From Styela clava (Eukaryota), in contig NC_135264.1 of the NCBI RefSeq assembly GCF_964204865.1, forward strand, positions 10,974,001-11,038,000: a DNA stretch of 64,000 nucleotides, read 5' to 3'. The first letter of the stretch is position 1. Each line of letters begins with the position of its first letter. A program made the position numbers and the translations under genes. Below are positions 25,001-37,739 of this stretch, piece by piece. Under the pieces are notes generated by a model that saw only the letters and a program-made list of their open reading frames with translations, ran no database searches and had not been told where the DNA came from.

Positions 25001-25264
25001 CAGGGTTACTCAACTATTTTTGCTAAAGGTCCGTATACAAAACTTAAAAATTCCTGGGGTCAGGTCTAACCAGGAAATGCATTTCATACCGCGCCTAACT
25101 ATATTTTAGTGGCCCTATTTTTTCGGTTACAAAAGTTAAGGAAACACGAGTTGTGGGAAACTGAGTAACCGCAAAATATTCCACATCTTTTTACGTATCC
25201 AAAGTTAAATGGAGACAATCCTCCAAAATAAAAATAAAATCGGCCCTGAAGTTGAGTAGCCCTG
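25001..25264. mobile_element. Short hAT-like MITE
   Basis: TIRs CAGGGTTACTCAAC / GTTGAGTAGCCCTG. TSD not clearly preserved. Confidence 0.65.
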
Positions 25265-26730
25265 GGCTAGGGTATGGAGCTGGGAACTGGATGATCGTGA
25301 ATTTGTGTTGTAACATAAACTGATATATACATGTACAGTATCTAAAACCACCTGCTTCTAGATTCGAGAAACATAGAAGTCCATGGCAACATTAAAATTT
25401 TGTGTGCCAAACTACTCAGAATTAGGATTTTTTAGACTCGGATCGTTGGTGTTACTACGGTTGTGAGTCGGACCATCTTGCAATTTCAATTCACGCTGTC
25501 ACAAGATAGGAACTTCTAAAGATAGGGCAGTTTCGGTTCCGTAACACAACGCGATGACACTGAAGTTAACTCGTAGCTGTCTGGTAAAAGCGGGGCTTGT
25601 TTTTGAAATTTTGTTCCAATATGGAGAAGGGAATGAAACAGATTACTTAATATTTCAATTCATGTTGCAATTCAATTAGAAGAGTAGATCATTGTCACGG
25701 GACATGTGAAATGGGAGGCAGACAACTCGACTACACACGGACAATTCACCAGAGACAACTCGACTACAGATAGACCTGGTGAGTTGTCCGTGTATTGTAG
25801 TCGAATTGTCCATCAGCCCTAAACGGCTATGACAGTCACTGTACCGAAATTTGTAACCTGATTCAGGTGGTGTTAAGTTGTTATTTAGTAACGTTTTTAT
25901 GCGAAATGTTTGACTGTGGTTCGGTACCTGATCCGTTAATACGGTACATAGTTGACTCATATCACGAGATATTTCAATTGATGTTTCAATATAATCAAGA
26001 AGAATGGATCATTGTCACATGACCTAAAATATATATGACAAGTCCCTGTACCGTCAGGGTACCCCGGTCCCCGATACATGTACTGGTAAGTCACCGTATA
26101 TGATTTTTGGGGAATTGTTCTGCGTATCCATATATTTGAGCATTGCTCTCTTGTTTAAGTCATATTGTCGAAATTTCGACACGAATGACAGCGGCTGTTT
26201 CGCCTGTCATATATTTCCATGTTCACTTCCGTAGCCTTTGAAAATCAGCAAGATGCTTGTGGTGACGTAACAATTTGAATAAACGTCGGATATTGCAATA
26301 TGCAATAGCTAGTTTTGTCATTTATTTGTCAGTTTTAGTTGCCTCCCAAATTCAGCCATAAATCAAAAAAAGTAATGATCATTTTGTCTTCCTTGGAGCT
26401 TTAGTCAGGTTGTAGTAAAAATGCTACCGTCAGTTTTAAAGGGCAAGTGTTTCAATATTTTGAATCCCAATTATGGTTATGAACATGTAAACCAGTTTAT
26501 AAGCATCAACTCGTAATAGTACTCCTAAAGTAAGCATCAAGAAGGGTGAAGCACAAGAAATATTTGTCATGGGTCTGGGAATTGGGAAACATCATCAGGC
26601 TATGATAACCCGAACAATAACGGCACGCGAGAACAGGTGAAAATCAACTTTTGAATATGAACATCATGATTTCGGAAAATAAAACGAATCTACAATGAAA
26701 ACCGATTTCAAAGCCGAGCCAAAAAAATGG

Positions 26731-27220
26731 GGTCTTTTGCTTATTCTGAATAATCTTGGAATACAGACCCCATCGGCGCTGTAGAAGCTGGGAGCAAAGT
26801 CCTTGTACATATTTTCCAACATATTACGTGCATTCTTACAAGTTTCAAAGGTTGTTGGTATTTTATTTACGCAACGTCCAAGAACAGCAATCCGTTTTGC
26901 AAAAATTGTGTAGTCATTCTATGATACGACAGTGTTTTCAAAGTACATTGATGACCGTGTTAGTGCTTCGAGTACCATGGTTTGATTAATTGTCAGAATC
27001 GGAGGCAACGCAGCTAAAATAAAAGACAAGCTCCACATTGTAGTCACTGCAACGATAGCCCATTCAGGTTTTACATTTCTGCTTTGAAGTGATCGATGAA
27101 TCCCATAAAAGCTATCCATGGCCAAGACAACCAGAAAAAAAACGCATGTTTCACCGCGCTAATGCTGTCATAAGTCCAATCGCATAAACCACTGATTTGC
27201 CATAGTTTGTCCTTTAATAC
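26731..27220 (-). pseudogene. Decayed 7TM-exon fragment of a fifth LDLa-GPCR (C/D type)
   Basis: The minus strand encodes recognisable YGIHRSLQSRNVKPEWAIVAV...SMYFENTVVS* (TGG>TAG) and FYSADGVCIPRLFRIS, with deletions. The adjoining 26520-26730 is an inverted match to the 3' flank of copy D (~63750-63960). Confidence 0.9.
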
Positions 27221-27775
27221 GAAACATCTGTATAGTTTTTATTCCTTAAATTATGACGGAATTCGACATAGATAAACTATATCGGAATATACAAACTATT
27301 AAATTTAGAAATGCGTATACAATGTCATTTTTTAAGGATTAGGATTGCGTGCTGAGATATCCCCAACTAATAGTGAGAAAATTAAGTATTAAATGACTCA
27401 CACGTTGATTTACGAGATTATACTTGCCAGGAAGACGTCCCTAGATATCAACCTATACCAGACTTGAACGATAACATTTAACCGCCTGGTAAAAGGTTAG
27501 TCGGACGGAAGTCCATGCATAAAAATTTGTTAACAAGCAAAAACAAAATGGTATTTTAACTGCTACTATTGAATGTGTATCCGATCTATCATGGGTAAAA
27601 TTGCAGCTTAGATTATATTAATATTGGAGTGTGGTCAGAAGTATCTGCAAGGTCTAATCGCACACGAGACTTCCTGCATGTAAGAATGACGTCTTTTGAA
27701 TCATTTTCTCAAACAATGATGAGCATCTAATTCTAAGGTCACTAGTAGGCTTTGAATTACAGCAGTAAATGCAAG

Positions 27776-27846
27776 ATGTGCTGTTTTTTGTTTTAATTTC
27801 TTTTGTATCTACCTCTCTTTTATAATGACGCGGTTTTTGGTAAGTT
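27776..27846 (+). pseudogene. Disabled duplicate of GPCR exon 1 upstream of copy C
   Basis: ATG TGC TGT TTT TTG TTT TAA (early stop) followed by ...tttttg|GTAAGT. Block ~27610-27855 repeats at ~28060-28290, which holds the intact exon 1. Confidence 0.7.
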
Positions 27847-28224
27847 GAATATATAGGGTTTCCATAAAGTTATGCCAATTTTTTTAAATTGTGAAAGGAA
27901 TTCATCGATACCATATATTGATTTGGCCTTCACATATGTATTAAAGGAACTAAAAATACTTAAACAATTGCTGATTAAGAAACAACGAACCTGGTTAGGA
28001 TATATTGTGAACTGACTTCATAACAACATTGAAATTGTCACAGAAGACATATTCAAATAATATAAACATTGTGGAGTGTGTTAAGAAGTACCTGCAAGGT
28101 TTAATCACGTACGGGACTTCCTGTAACGTTTGTTATAAGAATGACGTCCTTCGAATCATATTCTCAAATAATGGTGGGCATCTTAGATCACAAGCAGTCT
28201 TTGAATTACAGCTGAAAATGCGAG

Positions 28225-31200
28225 ATGTGCAGTTTTATTAAATTTCTTCTTCTCTGCTATAATGTTGCAATTTTGGGTAAGTTGAATATCTACACAGAAG
28301 ACAAAAATGTACAAGGATGCCCTATGTTTAATACCAGGGCTGGGGAGCTGGTAAGATTACAATAGCTCCGGCCTCACCTACGTAGCCTTTGTATATATAG
28401 GCTACAGCGCTTGCGCTCCATTTTTGCTTGAGTTCCGGATTCTTGGTTATTGATGTTTTGAGTGTGATCAAGAAAAAGAGTTTTGTAATTGTAATAAATG
28501 GTAAAAAATTATGAATGCGGGTAAATAATTAAATAGTTAGGAGCTGGAGACACTAAAATTTTTGGTAGCTTTGTCTTAATCTATTTTGGTAACCCTGACT
28601 CCAGCTACGTCAAAATTTCATGGCTCCGACTCCCCAGCCCTAGTATATAGTATAATGGAAAACTTCGATGGCGACATCTGTAACATTTTAAAAATTGCAC
28701 AACCAAAAAAATGAAGCAAAACATTCCGTGGTGATTTGATTACATTGATTTATATGGTATTTTTTAGTGACGAGTTTACATCTTTCTCACCATGTACACA
28801 TTTCTAGATCGTAATCATTTGTTTTACATCAAACAAGTTTTAGCTGATAACTTCATTTCCTATTCATCATCGAACAAACTAAATTAAAATCATCCATTCA
28901 GTCGAATAGTTTTTTATTTTTTTGTAATTTTCACAGTCAATTCTCTAAATGTACGAAGGCTTCGTCCAGGTTGTCGAATCGAAGATGGCTATCACAGATG
29001 TTCTTTAACTGGACGATGTCAAAAACGAGAAGGTGTTTTCGATGATAGGTGTGAGAATGGTCAGTATCAAATTGTAATTTTATTTGAGAAAACAAATATA
29101 TTTTTTTAAATATATTGATATGAATCGGCACTCTTGCGGTATGGATCATTTTGCCGACGTAAATTTGTATGCATTTCAAGAAATACCAGTATTATGCTAA
29201 CACATTTTGTCAGTTTAAGACGTGCATATCTTTTCCTTCCGTAACTACAAAAGTAATCAGTTACAATAACGATGTATTTAAGATGTTAATTAAAAACAAC
29301 TATAACTTTTTCGGAACTATTTGATTTGACAAACTACATTGAAATTCACGCACGCTTACATTTTTCTTTATCGCCCACACTCATTGCAGGAAATTAGATA
29401 TTGTTAAATAAATGTTGAACTCCTCAATGTGTGATGCACTTCGAGCATAATTAGTGCCAAAAGGTGGGATGAAGAGGAAGACGCTTTAGCGTAGGATAAA
29501 TTTTCGTTGACATTTCAATATCAGTAACTAAGCAATATCACTAGTCCAATCTTTTATTACCTTGTACGCAATCATAATTCTGCACACATTTTAACAACCG
29601 ATTTAAATAAGACACTTTTGTTTATTGTCTGTGCCAAGGAACCATTTTTTTGCCAAGTATCACAAAACAGCATTACAAAACATTGATAAATGTACAAAAT
29701 CGAATGATGAACAGTAACATAAAAACCATTTAACAATAAATTTTATAACAGAAAGAGTGAATTGTACGGATGATGAATTTACATGCCGTGGAATCAATAG
29801 ATGTCTACCAAGAATGTTACTGGGAACAAAGAATGGTTGTATTCTGGGAAAGAAAGGAGTCATTACTCTTCCCTGCAGGCCCGATGGTAAATTGCATTAA
29901 GGGAGTATGTATTTACACTGGTTTAAGTGTCCAAGCGCCAAATAAATTAAATTGAATATATATTCATTCGGGAGGAAGTGAATGTATATGTGCTGTCTCG
30001 AAGCTACTGCTCTGTTCTCAAGTATAAAAGACATGCAAGTGTTTCAATTCCATGTGAGTTACGCTTGACTGAAATCACTGAAAAATATACCAGGGTCGAC
30101 GTCACACATATCTTTTATCATCTTGTTGGACAAGCGAACCTTCGGATAATTTTGCTTTTTTTCGTTGTTCTTAATTCTGTGAAAATATCGCGACTGGTAG
30201 AATTGTAAACAATCTTAAAATAAAACTTTGAAATTCGAAACGCCGGAGCATAAAATTGAGCAAGCATTGCATTGTTCTCTTCATATAATAGTATCGAATC
30301 GACTATACCTTACACTTACAGAACGTAGTTCACCTGCTAATACAAATAAGGCCCGCCCTAAATATTGTTGGACCCACGCCAAACATATTGCGGGGGCCGT
30401 AGAGCCCATCCTGTGTACAGATAAGGATACTGCGCAAAAAATGAGATTTTGTAATAAAAAATGAATCAGACTTTACCTTTATCTAAGTACAAAATCACGG
30501 TTAAAATTAACTTTTCTTTTCGATTTCTTGCAAATGAGATTGCAAGATTTATATGTTACAATTTATAATGGTCAATTTTACTCATAAAATTACTGTGCGA
30601 CGAGGCCAATGAGCGGCTTAGGTTGCACTGGCTTTTTGTTGTGAAGCGTACTTTGCTGACACCGAATTTAGTCATTTTTGATAGCAACTAAGTTTTAGAT
30701 CATTTCTAAAGAAATTTTCAACAAGAGTAAGGTGCTAGGGGTATTAAGTTGCCAACGTTCATTTGCACATTTTCATACATGTCTTCTGAACAAGGGTGTA
30801 TAGGCTAAGTAGAGATTTTGAAATGACCATGATGTCCTTTCATAATATATTGTGTCTTGTATTCAGAATTTACCTGCGGAAAAAGCAGGCTATGCTTGCC
30901 CAGGTGGGCAGTAATGGATGGTAACGTAAATTGTAAAACTAACGAAGTTGATGACGACAGTGATGAAATGACACCTCTTAATGCTTGCAATGAAAGTGAA
31001 TTTAATTGCACGAACGGAAGATGCATTCCGCGGGAATGGGTTTTTGATAAAAATGACGATTGCAAAAATGGTGAAGATGAAATTGGACCTTTCAGACATT
31101 GCGACAATGCTGAAGAATTCCGATGTGATAACGGACAATGTGTAAAAAGATATCGAGTGAATGACGGACACCCAGATTGCGAAAATGCTACTGATGAAAG

Positions 31201-34200
31201 AAAACAGTTAGCGGAATGCATAGGTACGACAGAATTTCGTTGCAATGTTAGCGGAAGATGTATACCGCGCAACTGGGTTGTGAACGGAATTAAAGATTGT
31301 AGAGATGGCAGCGATGAAGTGATACTTTGGAAGCAAACTTGCTCACCGAATGAATTTTCTTGTCACAACGGGCGTCGATGCATTTCGTCTAAATATTTAT
31401 GTGATGGAATGGATCATTGTGGAGATTGTAGCGATGAAATAGAAGGATGCAATGAAGCACGTATGTGGAGGTGTCCCCTCGACTCATCAATTTGCATACC
31501 GCAGTCCTACGCCTGCGATGGATTCCAAGATTGTCCAAAAGGAATAGACAACCCACAATACATGCCTGGTTTTAAGTGTAGAAAAACTGTATTGGGAACA
31601 AAAGAAGAAATGTGTAATATTCCTCAATGGACATTACATGATAATCACACTATGTGCGAAGACAAATCAGACTTATGTTTCAAGAATAATTCATTTAACT
31701 GCGCTCGTTGTGTATCTGACAACAAAATAATAGCGAAACGTCAAATGTGTGATGGCGTCATTGATTGTACAGATTTATCAGATGAATGCCTTTGTAATTC
31801 GAACCGAAATAACGTCGATTTGATGAAGTTGTGCAATTCGATTTGTTATCATTCTAACAAATGTGGCGGTCTTAATAACTGTCAAGTCGGAGAGTTGTAT
31901 TGTCATACGAACAAAAAATGTTTAGGCCTTTCAAAGGTTTGTGATGGTGTTGTGGACTGTCCAATTTTAGCGATTGACGAGAAGCAATGTATCCTGCCTG
32001 TCAAGGACGTTGTTGCAATACAGAACACTACTGATTTTGATTGTTGGAAAGTTTCAGATAATATTTTGGAAATAGGACAGGCTTTAAATCTTATGGAAAT
32101 ATTCAACAATGTATATTCAACGCGCGGTAAAAAGTATGAGTTTCTCAAAATTTTGAAAGCATGAATTATCCAATAAACAAATTTAGTGACTTAAACTCAG
32201 AAAACTAATATCAATGGATAACTACTTGTGTAAAATTCGAAAAAAAAAAATTCGAAGGCTTGAATACATGACGCCAAAGACCAATTTCAGATATTTTTCT
32301 CCGGCATCGTTCCAACCAGAATATTATTAATTCGACATTTTTTTCTGGGAAAATGCTGTACTTACGATGATTTGTTGAACACAAAATGTACCTATGGATC
32401 GGTTTGCTTACTTTGTTGTTCTTGTTGTGGAAAATTACGCTTCTCCGCATTTAAAACACCAGTTGATCTTAGTTTTTCATTACATAAAGTTGAAAGTAGT
32501 CACGAGAATGCTATTATTGATTTTTTTCTGAATCCTACAGGGCTCGTTATTTCGATCTAAATTTAGCTGTTTTTTTTGTAATTCACGGAGACACCTTCAA
32601 TACATTTTGTAAGACGTTTAGTAGAATTCTCACACCATTTTGCAGTCATTGGCTTCCTTGATTCACCTTATACATGTCCATATATCTGAGTTTTGCTTTG
32701 TTATTTTCTTGTTACAAGGTGTGATGGTGTCATCAATTGCGCTCGCTTCGAAGATGAATGCAATGCGGAATGTTGTGTGCCAGAATGCGATAAATTCAAA
32801 CTCTCAAAAATAACCTTCAATGTATTTATTTTCAGTGGAGAACTAAAAGTCCGGGCGTAAGTGACAATTTCGATATCTCGTACTCTCTTCAAATTGTTTA
32901 CTATCTTACAGTATCTTTTTAATGCGATAAACCAAAATCTACCTTCAAATCATTCGCATTGTTTTCGACAGATGTAGTGATTTCGCGACGCAATTTGCTT
33001 ACGATTATACAAACTTTGTCATCGGAGAGTCAATATGCAATGGAATCAAAGATTGTACCGACGGTGCTGATGAACACAATTGCACAGATTATTTTAAATG
33101 CAACGCTGGTACAGTAGAATCACCACTCGGCACAAGACAGGTTAGAAGTTGATTTCTCATTAAAAACTTTACAAACGTATTTAGTTACAAACCATTTAAT
33201 ACATATGGTACAAGTTGGATTAATGGTGCAACTGAAAATAGTATGTAGGCGACAAGACGCGCATGTCAGAGGCACTGTAGTAAGTGCACGCAATCTCCAT
33301 ACTCCAATGCACATTCATTCAATGAATTTAGACAAAAAAATCTTTTCATAAATATGAATTTATCTAATGATATTCACAAATTTGTGCAACTTATTTTTGC
33401 TAATTTCAAATCTACATTTATAGCGCATTGCCGTCAAAAAGGACAAAGTATGTGATTTACAATCAGACTGTCTGGATCAATCAGATGAAAAAGGCTGCAG
33501 TGATATGACTCATTTTTATTGCAAAAGCGGGAGCCCTCTCTTTGTTCCATTTTCATCAGTAATGAATGGCAAACAAGACTGCGAAGACAATACCGACGAA
33601 TGTCCAGACAACTGGAATGACCTAAACCCGTTATCTTCGCCAGAAGAAATGATTAGACTTTCGTTTCTCCGTTATTTCATCTGGTTTATGTCATGTATCG
33701 CAATTCTAGGAAACATCGCCGTTATTATAGAAACTTGTTACTCTGAATTTGGCCCACAGTCTAGTGCGCAAAGCCCAATGAGTCGATGTAACAGAATACT
33801 GATAATAAACCTGGCAATATCTGATTTCCTCATGGGTGTCACCCTGCTTATAATTGGAATTAAGTCAGCTTCAATGTCCGGAGAATACTGTTTAAAAGAC
33901 AGGCAATGGAGGATCAGCGCTTCATGTAACGCAATTGGGGTTATGACTGTATTATCCAGTGAAACATCTGTTTTTTCTCTGGGTGCCTTGACCATGTATC
34001 GCTTTTATGGGATTCATCGACCGTTTCAAAGCAGGAATGTAAAACCAAAATGGGCTATCGCTGCGGTGATTATAACGTGGAGCTTGTCCCTTTTCTTAGC
34101 TGCGTTGCCTCTGATTCCGTCAATTAATCAAACCATGGTACCCGAGGTACTTACACGGCCATCAATGTACTTTGAAAACACTGTCGTATCATGGGATGAC

Positions 34201-34896
34201 TACAGAATTTTTGCAGAACGAATTGCTGTTCTTGGACGCCGTGTAAATAAAATATCAACAAACTTTGAAACTTGGAAGAATGCACGTAATATGTTGGAAA
34301 GTATTTACAAGGACTTTGCTCCCAGTGTACTCGGTTACTTTGGCTTCTATAGCGCCGATGGGGTCTGCATTCCAAGATTATTCAGAATAAGCGGAAGACC
34401 GTCTCTCCACGCGTTATCTTTGTTTATAATAACTCTGAATTTTTGTATCCTGCTGTTCATCATCATTGCTTATTGTAAAATATACCACAAGTCAACAAAT
34501 AGAAAAGTCAAGGGCAGTGCAACAAAGCACGATAATCGGAGTACAGTAATGCAAAGAAAAATCACAATACTAATTGCAACGGATCTGTGCTGTTGGCTTC
34601 CGATTTGCGTTATGTCTATAGCAAGTCAAGTTGGAACGAACTTCTCGGGAGACGCATATGCCGTTGCTGCGATTCTTCTGTTACCAATCAACAGTTCACT
34701 AAATCCTATTATATACTCAAGTGGTTTTGCCATTGCCCGAGCAGCTCTTTCTCACAGCACTGTCGAAGTTCGAGCTTCTATCAGACGCCGTCTAACGCGA
34801 GAGCCTGATCCGGAATTACAGCAAGATATCGCAATGCATGAAAGTGGGAAAACAGGCGTCCAGTCGCTGTCTTCAACATCAGCACTCAATACTTAG
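28225..34896 (+). CDS. LDLa-repeat GPCR copy C, 1118 aa
   Basis: Exons 28225-28276 (MCSFIKFLLLCYNVAIL), 28937-29059, 29752-29886, 30867-32133, 32719-32856, 32972-33140, 33424-34896 = 3357 nt in frame. Same intron positions and phases as A/B. Confidence 0.92.
28335..28642. mobile_element. MITE in intron 1 of copy C, with a degraded counterpart in intron 1 of copy D (~56672-57060)
   Basis: TIRs CAGGGCTGGGGAG / CTCCCCAGCCCTA and internal ggagc/gctcc motifs. Confidence 0.65.
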
Positions 34897-35506
34897 GCGC
34901 TAGCCAATGTCTCTCCAGCTGTGGAACGCGAAATTGATTGATTTGCTAAATTATCGGAATTATACTGTGAAGATTCGATCTCACTACACATTTATTTTTG
35001 ATTGGTTGGTCTGATTTGATTGGCTTGGATTGGCCCAAGTTTATCAACCTGACGATACCCAGTGGCAACAGAGAACACTCGATTGAAACACCTTATGAGT
35101 TTTATTACAATTCCGTCAACGTATACAGAATACAATGTACATAAAATTAGATCAATTCTTATTCTGATTAGCATTGAAAGTATAGCAGAAAATATAGGTC
35201 TTAACTACGTATATCAATATACTAAATGAACTAGCCAATGAAGGATCTTACGTCATATTCACGTTCTTGGCTTTTTCGGTTTTAATAATTAAACGTTATT
35301 AAAAGTGATTTCTCAAAGACAATCTCTCAAAGTTTCCGAAGCAGAAACAAGCTGTAACTGAGAAATTGAAAATGACGTGTTGTCTTTATGAAAAATAATA
35401 AATAATATGTAATTATGTTTAAAGATAGTATTACATAAGTAAATATAGTCATTTCTGGAATATTTATAATTTAAATATATGTATTTTGTGTATATATCTA
35501 ACTCAC

Positions 35507-36380
35507 CCAACACTACGACATTGTGGAAGAGAAGAAGATACCGCAGAAATTCAATAAAACAGCTCATCTTGCATTTACTACTGTAATTCAAAGACAACCA
35601 GTGACATTAGAGGCCCATCATTGTTTGAGAATGTGGTTCGAGAGACGTCATTCATACAACAAAAGATTAAGAGATTGGACCTTGCGGATACTGCTAACCA
35701 CTGACACAATGTTTTTATTACCTTTGCTACAACTACGCCCAGGGTACATCGAATACACATTCAATAGAAGCACTTAAAATACTATTTTGATATTGTCTGT
35801 TAACACATTTTTATGCATGAACTTCCGTCCGGCTAACTGTTCTCCAGACAGTTAAGTGTTATCGTTCAAATCTGGCATAGGTTGGTAGGCCTATATACCG
35901 ACGTCTTACTGGCAAGAATAATTTCGTAAATTAACGCGTGACTCATTTATACTTAATTTTCTCACCATTAGTTGGGAGTATGTTAGCACGCAATCTTATT
36001 CATTGAAAAATGACATTGTATACGCAGTCGTAAATTTACAGTGTGTATATTCCAAATACAGACTTATTTATGTCGAATCTCGTCCTAATTTAAGAAATAA
36101 GAAACTATACAGATGTTTCATGATCATTTCGTAATAAGATGCACAATAAAGACATTTTCCACAAGTGGGAATCACCGTATACACGTCATAGTATTACACA
36201 TATTAACATATTTTAACAATCGATTCTTTTTATTGTTTTGAAGAAAGGCGACGCGTCATAAAATTAACAATAAAATATAGTTTGTGCAAATCAATAATTG
36301 CTCACTATGCATCTTACTGCCAAATCTATTCGTAACTTGCTTAGTCTTATTTCCTTCGAAATTATTATGGTAATTTCGGA
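35507..36380 (-). pseudogene. Orphan GPCR exon 1 plus upstream region (5' half of the fifth copy)
   Basis: 35567-35507 is an open 61-nt exon (MSCFIEFLRYLLLFHNVVVL+G) with a GTGAGT donor, homologous to exon 1 of D. 35570-36380 is an inverted match, with gaps, to the region upstream of D (~55330-56290). Confidence 0.85.
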
Positions 36381-36437
36381 AGACGAGCTTAATACATATA
36401 TATATATATATGTATGATATTTATTAGGCCATTGATG

Positions 36438-37051
36438 TAGGGTTACCATATTTTTGTGACTTCAAAGCGGGACGCCTCCAAAGACAACGACCCCTCAGCT
36501 GTTATTTTGTTACTTTACATTTTCCGATTTTACTACATAGGGCTATTTTTAAACCATCCCGGCTGTCTTCATAGGCCATATTGTCATCGAGAGTTCATGC
36601 GCATATTCTCTGTCCAAATATCGGTTTCAGTTCGAATAATAGAAAGGAATTGACGTTAACGATACAAATAATTCGAATTTCGATTTTTTTATGTACAGCA
36701 AAAGGAAGAAAGAATAATAAAATAGCCTGGTTTTCAAGCATTGAGAATTTATTTATTCGCCCAAGCATGCTTTTCTGTAGATAACATCTTCTTCAAAAAG
36801 ACGTTGTTCAATGTTACATGTGATACGTTCGCAAACAATGTTAGCGGGAAACAACGAAACAAACAAAATAACGCATTCGCTTTCAGCAAGTAGGCTAGCG
36901 CTGCGCTACACAGCAAAAACAGTAACGAGAACATGTTAATTGGTAATGTTCGTGTATCATGCTGAATGGCTGAACGTCAAAGCGGGATGTTTGACTGACT
37001 TGTCGGGACGGCGAGACAAGACGCTAAAAAGCTGGGCGTATGGTAAGCCTA
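36438..37051 (-). mobile_element. Complete hAT-type MITE (TAGGGTTACCATA family)
   Basis: TIRs TAGGGTTACCATA / TATGGTAAGCCTA, perfect 8-bp TSD CATTGATG. Other copies at 6688 and 52736. Confidence 0.92.
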
Positions 37052-37551
37052 CATTGATGTGATATACAATCTTGCGAAATAAATTGTTTCTGTTGTCCTT
37101 ATATATGCACATATAAAATTGCGTAACTCAAATAATGGATGCAAATATCTAATCACTAACATAGTCAGCACAATGCATACAAAATTGCAGTCGATAGTTT
37201 AATGATCTGTATCAACGACAAGTGAAAAAGATTTGAAGGTGTAGTGTCAATGTCATGTGAAATACTGCCCTGGAGATTATAAAACTGGACTATGTAAAAC
37301 TCACGGTGAAATTTGAAAAAGTATAAGGGCATTAGCATTCTAGCGACTTCTTCCAACTATGAATACCGAAAATACACAACTGAATTCATCATTAGTTGCA
37401 GAAAGTAGGGAATTGTTATAGCTCCAGAAATAATTACAGCAAAAAATATAGGAAAACGATAAAGAGGCCCACTTCGATAATACTACGTTAATGGTGATAA
37501 ATGAAGATCTGCTTGAATGCTCCATAGCGCCACAATGCGTCGTACCTAACC

Positions 37552-37578
37552 GTTGCTATGGCAAAGCGTTATGGTAAC
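37552..37578. promoter_or_regulatory. RFX X-box plus adjacent half-site upstream of tektin-2
   Basis: GTTGCTATGGCAAA (37552-37565) is close to the X-box palindrome GTTNCCATGGNAAC and is followed by ATGGTAAC. It lies ~180 bp before the ATG of a ciliary gene. Confidence 0.75.
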
Positions 37579-37739
37579 AAGTGATCAATTGTTCTCGACG
37601 CTAATTCCACAGGCGGCTCGCGTTGTCTGTTTCGTCGCTTTCTTCTCGGTGTTTTACGTAACTTACTTGGATTTATTCGACTTGTATGTTGATCGTTCTC
37701 TAAGCAAAGTGTAATTAGCCTAATTTTTAATATACAGAC

